64,000 nucleotides of DNA from Christensenellales bacterium (GTDB lineage: Bacteria; Bacillota; Clostridia; Christensenellales; UBA3700). The stretch's first letter is position 1. Each line of letters opens with the position of its first letter. Shown here piece by piece: positions 27,623 through 36,578 of the stretch. The DNA is taken from contig JBJETQ010000002.1 of assembly GCA_051883395.1 (NCBI GenBank), positions 16,456-80,455 on the forward strand. Direction: 5' to 3'. The position numbers and the translations under genes are program-made. Below the pieces are notes generated by a model, which did not search any database, was not told the origin of the DNA, and saw only the letters and a program-made list of their open reading frames with translations.

Positions 27623-30600
27623 TCAACTTATCGTCAGACCGGTATCTTCTACGTAGATAAATCCGCCATAGTTGCTACCGCTTATCAGCGTATTTCCGCT
27701 GTGTCTTACGCCGTAACCGTCCGCTTTGACTACGTTGTCAAGCACGTCCTTGATAGTCCACTTGATAGGAGTGTCCAATGTGAGTGAACCGACCTTTTCG
27801 ATACTTATGATTTCCGTTTCCATAATCTTGGTTTTGAGAGAATCTGTCGAATCGAACAACGTGGTGTCTCCTTCTTCTACGGTGCGGTTACTGTTGATGA
27901 TGTCTTGGAGAATCTTTTGCTGCTCGGCTGTCATATTGTTGAACATCAACGTAGTCGTGTATTCGGTTGAGTCAATATCGATAAATGCCGTAACGTCTAT
28001 ACTTTCAGGAAGCAAGGTCGTGGTCTTGCTCATAAGCCCCGAAGTCTTGATATTGAGTGTCAGCAACATATACGACTCACTCTCGAACGTCATACCACTA
28101 AAACCGTCTTTGACTGCCGTGGCATTGATATAGTCAGGATTGAACATCAAAACCTGCTTATAAGTTACGTCCGAAGTGCCAAGTCCCAAAGCCGACGATA
28201 CGCCGCTGCTACCGTCTTCATTGTCAAGCAACGCTGCCGCAATATTACGGTCGCTGATTTCCATAGCGACTTCTCCGTGTGGAAGCGGAGTTGCAACATA
28301 TTGTGCGCTGACCTGTTCCGACGACATCTTGTCGTCAATGGCATTGATATTATCCTGGCCGACGACGTCCGTAAGAGTGAACAACGCCTTCATCATACCT
28401 TGGAAATCTGCTTCGCTAGGTTTTACCCCGTCGCTGTAAATGTTTTTGATTGCCAGTCCGTATATAGTGGAGAAGGTAATCGTACCGCCCTGTGTGTTGG
28501 CATCGATATCTGTGGTGGAATACTCCATCTGAGTTCCTGCCGTCATTTCGCCGAGTTTGTTCTTGACCTTGTCGGAAGCGTCGGCATTGATGTCGTCAGG
28601 CGTTACAGTCTTATCTGCGACAATCTTGAAAAGATTGCAGAATACGTCCAAATCGGCATCGTCCATATCGTTGATGGTAAAGGCGGTACATACTTCGCTC
28701 GTACCTACTTTTGACAAGTCTACGTCTACGACAATTGCCACACCGCTTGGCAGCAGAGTCGCATATTTACCTGCGCTTTCGGAAGAAATATTTGCCGTAA
28801 ATACTATGCGCATCGTGCTGGCGGACGTTATGGTCAGACTTGTCATCGATACGTGTTCCAATCCTTCTGCACTTATCGTAACGTCTCCGCTGAGCAGACG
28901 GGCAAGTTCACCGCCGCTTGCTTGCGGTTTGAGAGCCACGCCGTCGTTGACGCTTCTGGTATCGGCAGCCATTGCCTGACCGTCTATCATCGTGGCATAC
29001 TTGGTTGTGATTGTGGTAATCTGCTCAGATACGTCGCCAGTTGTGTTTATCGGTGTTTTGAGATAATATTTACTGTTGATTTCTTCGGCAAATCTGCTCA
29101 TATCCGTTGCGATATTGCTTTGCGACAATTCTTCCGGAATCACGTTGACTTTTTGCAATACGCTTCTCAGTTCCACATTGGACGGTTTGGACAATTCTCC
29201 TGCGTAAATCTGACTGATTGCTATATCGAATACCGTAGTGTTGAGATTCATCACTCCGTCGCCAAACGTTATATCGATAGTTCTGTCGGCTACTATGTCA
29301 TCCATAAAGCCATAGATGTTGTCTTCGAGAGTTTGTCTTACTCCTTCTGCCGTAACTTCATTTCCGCCAAGTTTGGTAGCCACGCTGAAAAAGTTGTTCA
29401 TCTGCTCGGTGGTCATTCCGTCAATATCGAAACTTGCACAATCGACGTCGGCGCCTTCAAGCTTTTGTCTCAGCAACGCCGTATCTACCGTTACGTTGAC
29501 GTAAACCTGTCTTGGTAACAATACGGAATATTTAGCATTTTCGCCAGTCAGCTGTATCTCGCCGCTGAGTTGCATTGTCATCTGTGTTGCGGTGATACGG
29601 GTAGAAACTACCTTGATGTTTTTCATGACGCTGACAACGTTGTCGAGCTTTCCGCTGGACTGGATAAGAAATCCCAGTTCTTCCTGAGAGAGCGACGGTT
29701 TCAACTCGTCGATGTCGGTAGTATCGGTTGCCATTTTGTTGACGTCTATACTCGTCTCAAAGTTGTTTTTGATAGTAGTTACGCTGTTGAACAGAGCTGC
29801 ACCGTCGGAAGGGTCCAGCGTGTCGGTAGTGATATAGTATTTGTTTTCCAACTCGGTTACAAAGCCGACTGCGCCGACGCTTACGTTGACGGTATCTGCT
29901 TCAAAGGTATATGCCGCTTTCAACATGTCGTGCAATTGAGCGTCGTCGACAACAGGGTTATTGCTTTCGTCTTTGAGCATTCCCAGTCCCGTCGCCGTCT
30001 CGAATATCGACGGCAATATACAGCCTGTGCTTGTAAATTCTATATCCGTACCGAGTTTTTCGTTGATTTTGGTAAGATTTTCTCTCACGCTGTCTTCAAG
30101 TTTTGTAGTAAGCTCCGATATATTGAAAGAACTTACGTCGATGCCTAGTCCCGAACACAGTTTGTTGAGATTGTCAAGCAATTCCAACGTCTGCTCTTTG
30201 GTACAGTTGTTGATACAAATCTCCGTCTCTTTTTCGGCGTCGGTCAGACTTAGTCTTGCCTTGATAAATATTTGTTCAGGCAATATCTGCGGCGCAAATA
30301 TGGCAATAAGCGAACCTTCTTCCGCCTTGCCTGCAATACTCTCCAATACGTCGACTGCAATGACTACTTCCAGCATTCCTTCCGTCTGGTCATAGCTCAT
30401 ATTGAGTATCGTTATAGGAAAAGCCGACGCTTCGCTGCTGCCTGATGAGAGCTGACTGTTGAGCAAACCTGCCATAGCCAGATAGGACATCGAAACTTTG
30501 TGATTGTCGGCAATATAACTGCCGCTGTCGTAATTGAGCGTAGCAAGATTAATCTTTTCGAGCATAGCGTCGTCCTGCATCAAGCTCGTTACACTACTGA

Positions 30601-31876
30601 AAACGTTGTCGGTGGTGATAAGGTCGTCGCTGTTATCAAATCCGTATTTTGCAGTAAAGTCATCTATAAATTCTTCTACGTTCTGATTGCGCAACTGAGT
30701 GGTATATTGTGCAACGCCGACTGCGGTAGCATCAGGCAACTTGAAGTCCCTGATGAGATACAAAAACTGTGCTTCGCCCAAGTCTACGTCCAATACGTTC
30801 ATAAGCGCTTCCACAGGTTTCATATCACAACCGGAATCGACGAATGATATTGGTATTACTTCGTTGAGTTTGGCAACAACGTCTTTGACGGCATTGTTGA
30901 TTGTCTGCATTATTGGCACTTCTCCGCCCACCACATCGTTGAGCAGATTTACCAGTTTATCCATCAATTCTTTGTCAATCTGATTGATGACGACGCTTGC
31001 AGAACCGTTTTCGTCATTAGGTCTGACGTCCATGCTTACAAAAATCGTCTTTGGCAACAAACCCGACACAAACGAAGGTACGGAAGTGTTTTTCAACAGC
31101 TCGGGAGCCAGCGACGCCACGTCGATTTTGATGGTGAGAGTAAGAACTACGTCTTCCAGCTTTGCACCCGCCACGCTCTCAATGATAATCTGCGAAATAC
31201 TTACGTGTTGGAGATATTGCGCATATTGGGATATCGACGCAAGCGGAGACGACTGGTCTGTCTCTCCTTCGGCAGACTGTGTGATATAATATTGGAATAC
31301 GCTGTCTATCAAAGCGGCGAACTGTTTGTCTGTTACTTCGAGAATATTCTCCTCTCCGCTGTAAGTAGCCAATGAAGAAAAATCGAACTCTATACTTTTG
31401 AGAAGTGCGTCAAGAGCCTCGTTGCCGGTACCTTCGGGAGCAGATTCCGCCAAAACCATTGGCGTAGATTCTTCTTCTTCCGATTTGCTTGAAGACGCTG
31501 CGTCCAGTATGTCGATTATGTCAATATCGCTGTCTTCCGACAAATAGGTCTTTTTCTTGAATTCGGTATAAAAATCGTCCAAATCTGATTGGGAATACGG
31601 ATTGGTAACGATTTCGCTTTCGTTGGCTTTGTACAAAGAAGTCAATACGTTGAAGGCTTCGGATATACTAAGTCCTACCTTTGGCTCGACGTATTTTCCC
31701 CAAGCCCATATTCCGCCGCCTGCAATACCTGCTACAAGCACCACAAAAATTACTACCAAGGTAACGATACAAGATAAGCAACCGTGGCTTTTCTTTTCTC
31801 GCTTTGGCTCCTTTTTGTTCTTGCGTTTGTCGTTTGGCGTTACGTCGTCCAAATCTATTTTGTTTTTCTTTGCCAT
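27623..31876 (-). CDS. Giant single-pass membrane protein with five internal repeats of an unrecognised module
   Basis: 1417 aa. A Lys-rich N-terminus precedes one TM helix (CIVTLVVIFVVLVAGIAGGGIWAW). Five modules share a beta-like strand, then (L/I)LP-x3-(hydrophobic/polar alternation)-D, then (I/F)N(N/D)(M/C)(T/D)xE/D...L. RBS GGGAG lies 7 nt upstream. Confidence 0.8.
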   Translation of the reverse strand: MAKKNKIDLDDVTPNDKRKNKKEPKREKKSHGCLSCIVTLVVIFVVLVAGIAGGGIWAWGKYVEPKVGLSISEAFNVLTSLYKANESEIVTNPYSQSDLDDFYTEFKKKTYLSEDSDIDIIDILDAASSSKSEEEESTPMVLAESAPEGTGNEALDALLKSIEFDFSSLATYSGEENILEVTDKQFAALIDSVFQYYITQSAEGETDQSSPLASISQYAQYLQHVSISQIIIESVAGAKLEDVVLTLTIKIDVASLAPELLKNTSVPSFVSGLLPKTIFVSMDVRPNDENGSASVVINQIDKELMDKLVNLLNDVVGGEVPIMQTINNAVKDVVAKLNEVIPISFVDSGCDMKPVEALMNVLDVDLGEAQFLYLIRDFKLPDATAVGVAQYTTQLRNQNVEEFIDDFTAKYGFDNSDDLITTDNVFSSVTSLMQDDAMLEKINLATLNYDSGSYIADNHKVSMSYLAMAGLLNSQLSSGSSEASAFPITILNMSYDQTEGMLEVVIAVDVLESIAGKAEEGSLIAIFAPQILPEQIFIKARLSLTDAEKETEICINNCTKEQTLELLDNLNKLCSGLGIDVSSFNISELTTKLEDSVRENLTKINEKLGTDIEFTSTGCILPSIFETATGLGMLKDESNNPVVDDAQLHDMLKAAYTFEADTVNVSVGAVGFVTELENKYYITTDTLDPSDGAALFNSVTTIKNNFETSIDVNKMATDTTDIDELKPSLSQEELGFLIQSSGKLDNVVSVMKNIKVVSTRITATQMTMQLSGEIQLTGENAKYSVLLPRQVYVNVTVDTALLRQKLEGADVDCASFDIDGMTTEQMNNFFSVATKLGGNEVTAEGVRQTLEDNIYGFMDDIVADRTIDITFGDGVMNLNTTVFDIAISQIYAGELSKPSNVELRSVLQKVNVIPEELSQSNIATDMSRFAEEINSKYYLKTPINTTGDVSEQITTITTKYATMIDGQAMAADTRSVNDGVALKPQASGGELARLLSGDVTISAEGLEHVSMTSLTITSASTMRIVFTANISSESAGKYATLLPSGVAIVVDVDLSKVGTSEVCTAFTINDMDDADLDVFCNLFKIVADKTVTPDDINADASDKVKNKLGEMTAGTQMEYSTTDIDANTQGGTITFSTIYGLAIKNIYSDGVKPSEADFQGMMKALFTLTDVVGQDNINAIDDKMSSEQVSAQYVATPLPHGEVAMEISDRNIAAALLDNEDGSSGVSSALGLGTSDVTYKQVLMFNPDYINATAVKDGFSGMTFESESYMLLTLNIKTSGLMSKTTTLLPESIDVTAFIDIDSTEYTTTLMFNNMTAEQQKILQDIINSNRTVEEGDTTLFDSTDSLKTKIMETEIISIEKVGSLTLDTPIKWTIKDVLDNVVKADGYGVRHSGNTLISGSNYGGFIYVEDTGLTIS

Positions 31877-31900
31877 AAGCTATCTCCCATAAGCTATCTC
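31873..31900. repeat. Perfect 14-bp tandem duplication spanning the start codon of the giant gene
   Basis: ccataagctatctc occurs twice (31873-31886 and 31887-31900). On the minus strand this is GAGATAGCTTATGG x2, giving two ATGs 14 nt apart in different frames. Confidence 0.9.
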
Positions 31901-32103
31901 AAAGAGATTTTTCTATAATATAATATATTATACCACCGCTTGTGTGGTTTTTCAATATAAAAGGGACATATATTTTTTCGCGCGCTCGTTTATAATACGT
32001 GCAAACGCCCTATTTTGTTGATTATCGAAGACAAAATTTTTTTGAAAAAATATTAATAGAAGATCTTGGCTTATAAAGAATAAAGACGTAACAGAGTTGT
32101 AAT

Positions 32104-32531
32104 TGTTGCCTTTTGACACAGTATTACAACGTATATACGATACGAAGCTTGCTTGAAATACATAATACCACGGCTTGACGGCTCGGCTACGAGTAAAACG
32201 AGAAAATCGGCTAATTGGATTGAGATTGCCACGCTCGCATAGCTCGCTCGCAATGACGTAGCACTTGACGGTGGAGATGCGAGTAAGACAAGGAAAAAGG
32301 CAACTTTATCAAAGCATACGTACTAGGCGTACGTGAGCAAGAAAAGTTGCCTTTTGACACAGTATTGCGTGGTATATCCGTTGCCGACTTTTAAACAACT
32401 GCGTATTTAGACTTGATGGCTCTGATGCGAGTCAGGCGAGAAAAGCGGCAATTTTATCGACACGAGCGTACTTAGCGTACGTGAGTGAGAAAAATTGCCG
32501 CTTGACAAAGCATAACGACGCATATCCGCCG
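32104..32531. repeat. Array of degenerate ~90-150-bp repeat units containing long hairpins
   Basis: Units start with cttgaYgg at 32174, 32264 and 32412. The tail motif ttgacaNagNat...tatNcg occurs at 32113, 32355 and 32502. Long hairpins span 32296-32354 (AAAGGCAACTTT/AAAGTTGCCTTT) and 32443-32503 (AAGCGGCAATTTT/AAAATTGCCGCTT), each with an inner ACGTAC...GTACG stem. Confidence 0.8.
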
Positions 32532-35500
32532 TCAGAAATTGATAATGCCGCTGAACACTTCCACAGACGTACCCTTCAACAATACGCCGTCGTCGGTATA
32601 TCTGACTACCATATCGCCGCCTGATTGTTTGACGGTGATATCGGTATACTTTGGCAAGTAGCCGTTGAGAACTGCGCTGACCACTACCGCACAGCTTCCG
32701 CTGCCGCTGGCAAACGTTTCGCCGCAACCCTTGTCCCAGATACGAGCTTTGACGGTATGTCTGTCGATGACTTTTGCAAATTCGACGTTGGTTCGCTCTG
32801 GGAATATGCTGTCGTATTCCAGTTGGGAGCCGAGTTTGGATATATCTACGTTGTCAAGATGTTCTACAAACAATACGCAATGCGGATTGCCCATAGACAG
32901 GACGTTGAGCAGGTATTCCTTTCCGTCTACCGTGTAAGGAACGCCGATTGCGTTTTTGCCCGACAATTTGACAGGAATCTGCGCCGGTTTGAGTACCGGA
33001 GTACCCATATTGACGGTCATATACATAGCTTCTCCGTCCTGCGTCTTGATTTTGATGTCTCTGATGCCGGTAGGAGTTTCGACGGTGATGTCTAGTTTGT
33101 TGACTTTGCGGTTGTCGTAGAGATATTTTGCCACGCCGAACAAACCGTTGCCGCATACCGCTCCCTGCGAGCCGTCGCAGTTGAAAATACGCATTTTGGC
33201 ATCTGCTATCTCCGACTTTTCGATGAGAATAATGCCTTCCGCTCCCACTCCGAAATGTCTGTCGGACATTCTTACGGCAACGCCTTCCGGATTGTCTATG
33301 CTCACACCGTCCAGACAATCGAAGAAAATTCTGTCGTTGCCTGCGCTGTGCATTTTGACAAATTTGTGAGCCTGTTTGCCTTTGCGCAGCTTGTTGATGT
33401 CTACGAGTTCGGTATTATATTCGCTGTATCTGCTCATAAGACAGTTGGCAACGGCGTTGGCAGTATCTATTGACGTAAGACAAGGTATAGAACGTTCTAC
33501 CGCCTTTCTTCTTATCTTGACGCTATCACGGGTGGGAAGCTTGCCTTTGGAAGACGTGGAGATGATGTAATCTATCTTTCCGCTCTCGATGAGAGTAAGG
33601 TTGTTGTGTTCCATATTCTGATGTATTTTGTCCACCGTTACTACTTCCAAGCCCCTTTCTCTCAATACTCTTGCCGTTCCTTTGGTGGCGTAGAGAGTAT
33701 AGCCCAAATCTTCAAACTTCTGCGCAATATCTCCTATCTCCGCCTTGTCCTGATCTCGTACTGTGATGAATATTCCGCCCTTTTTCTTCATGCGGTATCC
33801 CGCCGCAACCAAACCTTTGAACAAAGCTTCTTCCAGCGTGTCAGCCAGTCCCAATACTTCTCCCGTTGACTTCATCTCAGGTCCTAACTGGGTATCTACG
33901 TTGACGAGCTTTGCAAATGAGAATACAGGAACTTTGACGGCAACGTAATTGGACTTAGGATACAGCCCTGTGCCGTAACCCATATCGGACAACTTTTCTC
34001 CAAGGATACATCTGGTGGCAAGGTCCACCATTGGCACGCCCGTTACCTTGCTGATATAAGGTATCGTACGTGAACTTCTTGGGTTAACTTCTATAACATA
34101 CAGTTCTTCTTCATAGATAAGGTATTGAATATTGACGAGTCCGACGGTATGCAGATTGATGGCAAGCATTTTGGAACACTCCACTATTCTTGCCAGCATT
34201 TCGTCGCTGAGATTCCAGGAAGGATAGACGGCAATCGAGTCTCCCGAGTGTATACCTGTTCTTTCGATGTGTTGCATTACTCCCGGAATAAGAATGTCTT
34301 CTCCGTCGCAAATTGCGTCTACTTCTATCTCCCGTCCCATAAGATATTTGTCTATAAGAACGGGGTTTTCTATCTTCTGAGAGAGTATTACGTCCATATA
34401 TTCGATGACGTCGGCGTCGGAATGGCAAACGCACATATTCTGACCGCCAAGCACGTATGACGGACGCAACAAGGTAGGATAACCTATCTTGTTGGCCACG
34501 TCCAAAGCTTCTTCTTTGGTCATTACTGTATAGCCGACAGGACGTTTGATTTGCAGTTTTTCAAGCAATTCGTCAAAGAGTTCTCTGTCTTCCGCCATAT
34601 CGATATATTCCGCCTGCGTGCCGAGAATTCTGATGTTTTTCTCCCTGAAAAGTTTGGTAAGTTTGATGGCTGTCTGACCGCCGAACGCAACCACCACGCC
34701 GTCCGGCTTTTCGGTGTTGATGATATTAAGCACGTCTTCGTTGGTAAGCGGCTCGAAGTAGAGTCTGTCTGCCGTGTCAAAGTCGGTTGATACGGTCTCG
34801 GGATTGTTGTTGACGATGACTACTTCGTATCCTTTGCGTTTGAGCGCCCATACGCAATGTACGGAAGCGTAGTCAAATTCTACGCCCTGACCTATACGGA
34901 TAGGACCGCTGCCGAAAACGATAACTTTCTTTTTGCCGTTGGAATGAGCTTTGATAAATTCTTCCGCTTCGTTTTCGCTGTCGTAGGTAGAATAGAAATA
35001 CGGCGTCTGCGCAGGAAACTCTGCGGCGCAGGTGTCAACCATTTTGTAAGAAGCATGGATAGGTCTGGTTATCTTTTTGCCGCTTATTCTTTCGATAGAA
35101 GAATCCAAAAATCCTATCTTTTTGGCTTGCAGATAGAGTTCGTCGTCAAGTTGTTGTGTGGCAAGCGCTCTTTCCATATCGATAATGTTGGCTATCTTGT
35201 TGAGAAACCATCTGTCTATTCTCGTCTTGGTGTGAATTTCGTTGACGGTTACTCCCCTTCTTAGCAATTCGTATATGACAAAAATACGTTCGTCGTCGCA
35301 AGAGAGCATTTTGTCCTGCAATTCCATATCGCTCATTGCCGCAATTTTTTTGTTGTAGAGAGTATCCATCGATATTTCCGCTCCCCTGACAGCCTTCATA
35401 AGCGCCTGCTCAAAGGAAGAACCGATGGACATTACTTCGCCCGTGGCTTTCATCTGAGTACCGAGTTGACGGCTGGCATAGAAGAATTTGTCAAACGGCC

Positions 35501-36578
35501 ACTTAGGAAATTTGACTACTATATAATCGACGCTTGGCTCGTTGCAGGCGTAAGTGCAACCCGTAACCGAGTTTCTGATTTCGTCAAGGGCGTATCCTAT
35601 GGCAATTTTGGTGGCAACCTTGGCTATCGGATAGCCCGTCGCTTTGCTGGCGAGCGCCGAACTGCGGCTCACTCTCGGATTGACTTCAATGACGGCATAC
35701 TGCATGCTGTCGGGGTGGAGAGCAAACTGAACGTTGCAACCGCCTTCGACTTTGAGTGCGTTGACTATTTTGAGAGCAGCGCTGCGCAACATTCCGAATT
35801 CTTTTTCGGACAAAGTAATTGCGGGAGCGACGACTATACTGTCGCCGGTGTGTACACCGACAGGGTCGACGTTTTCCATACTGCACACGGTGATGCAGTT
35901 GCCAAGAGAATCTCTGATGACTTCAAATTCTATCTCTTTCCAGCCGCTGATACACTTTTCGACCAATATCTGATGGATAGGGCTAAGGCGCAATCCGTTT
36001 TCTGCTATATCTTCAAATTCTTCCCTGTTGTGTGCAATGCCGCCGCCTGTGCCGCCTAACGTAAACGCAGGACGAATGATGACGGGATAACCGATTTGCT
36101 CTGCTACCATTACGCCGTCGTCCATAGTGTTGACGACTTCGGACGGAATGACGGGTTCATTGATTTGGGCAAGGGTATCCTTGAAACTCTGTCTGTCTTC
36201 CGCTCTGTCTATCGTCTCGGGATTAGCACCCAGAAGTCTGACTCCCATCTTGTCCAAAAAGCCTTCTTTTGCCAACTGCATGCTCAGCGTAAGCCCCGTC
36301 TGTCCGCCGAGAGTGGATAGCAGGCTGTCGGGACGTTCCTTTTCGATAATTCTTTTGACGGTGGTGAGAGTCAGCGGCTCGATATAAATTCTGTCTGCCA
36401 CCGCATTGTCGGTCTGAATTGTTGCCGGATTGGAATTGACAAGCACGACTTCGAGATTGTCTTCTTTGAGCGCACGACACGCCTGCGTTCCTGCGTAGTC
36501 AAATTCCGCCGCCTGTCCGATGACGATAGGTCCCGAACCGATAACCATTACTTTGTGTAAATCTTTGTTGAGTGGCAT
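32532..36578 (-). CDS. carB: Carbamoyl-phosphate synthase large subunit fused to a C-terminal DapF-like (diaminopimelate epimerase fold) domain
   Basis: 1348 aa. Residues 1 to ~1070 are colinear with CarB, with two ATP-grasp halves and an MGS-like tail ending NKLRKGKQA. The last ~277 aa (nt 32535-33368) carry DapF motifs FVKMHSAGND, NCDGSQGAVCGNG, SMGNPHCV and DKGCGETFASGSGSCA. Confidence 0.85.
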   Translation of the reverse strand: MPLNKDLHKVMVIGSGPIVIGQAAEFDYAGTQACRALKEDNLEVVLVNSNPATIQTDNAVADRIYIEPLTLTTVKRIIEKERPDSLLSTLGGQTGLTLSMQLAKEGFLDKMGVRLLGANPETIDRAEDRQSFKDTLAQINEPVIPSEVVNTMDDGVMVAEQIGYPVIIRPAFTLGGTGGGIAHNREEFEDIAENGLRLSPIHQILVEKCISGWKEIEFEVIRDSLGNCITVCSMENVDPVGVHTGDSIVVAPAITLSEKEFGMLRSAALKIVNALKVEGGCNVQFALHPDSMQYAVIEVNPRVSRSSALASKATGYPIAKVATKIAIGYALDEIRNSVTGCTYACNEPSVDYIVVKFPKWPFDKFFYASRQLGTQMKATGEVMSIGSSFEQALMKAVRGAEISMDTLYNKKIAAMSDMELQDKMLSCDDERIFVIYELLRRGVTVNEIHTKTRIDRWFLNKIANIIDMERALATQQLDDELYLQAKKIGFLDSSIERISGKKITRPIHASYKMVDTCAAEFPAQTPYFYSTYDSENEAEEFIKAHSNGKKKVIVFGSGPIRIGQGVEFDYASVHCVWALKRKGYEVVIVNNNPETVSTDFDTADRLYFEPLTNEDVLNIINTEKPDGVVVAFGGQTAIKLTKLFREKNIRILGTQAEYIDMAEDRELFDELLEKLQIKRPVGYTVMTKEEALDVANKIGYPTLLRPSYVLGGQNMCVCHSDADVIEYMDVILSQKIENPVLIDKYLMGREIEVDAICDGEDILIPGVMQHIERTGIHSGDSIAVYPSWNLSDEMLARIVECSKMLAINLHTVGLVNIQYLIYEEELYVIEVNPRSSRTIPYISKVTGVPMVDLATRCILGEKLSDMGYGTGLYPKSNYVAVKVPVFSFAKLVNVDTQLGPEMKSTGEVLGLADTLEEALFKGLVAAGYRMKKKGGIFITVRDQDKAEIGDIAQKFEDLGYTLYATKGTARVLRERGLEVVTVDKIHQNMEHNNLTLIESGKIDYIISTSSKGKLPTRDSVKIRRKAVERSIPCLTSIDTANAVANCLMSRYSEYNTELVDINKLRKGKQAHKFVKMHSAGNDRIFFDCLDGVSIDNPEGVAVRMSDRHFGVGAEGIILIEKSEIADAKMRIFNCDGSQGAVCGNGLFGVAKYLYDNRKVNKLDITVETPTGIRDIKIKTQDGEAMYMTVNMGTPVLKPAQIPVKLSGKNAIGVPYTVDGKEYLLNVLSMGNPHCVLFVEHLDNVDISKLGSQLEYDSIFPERTNVEFAKVIDRHTVKARIWDKGCGETFASGSGSCAVVVSAVLNGYLPKYTDITVKQSGGDMVVRYTDDGVLLKGTSVEVFSGIINF

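Noticed and set aside
32071-32727. Possible CRISPR array or small protein genes (60-aa and 106-aa ORFs) in the repeat-rich gap downstream of carB
   Set aside because: The repeats are degenerate, internally palindromic over 60 nt and irregularly spaced (90 and 148 bp). There are no unique spacers of constant length and no cas genes. The ORFs run through hairpins or into the carB 3' end and lack RBSs.
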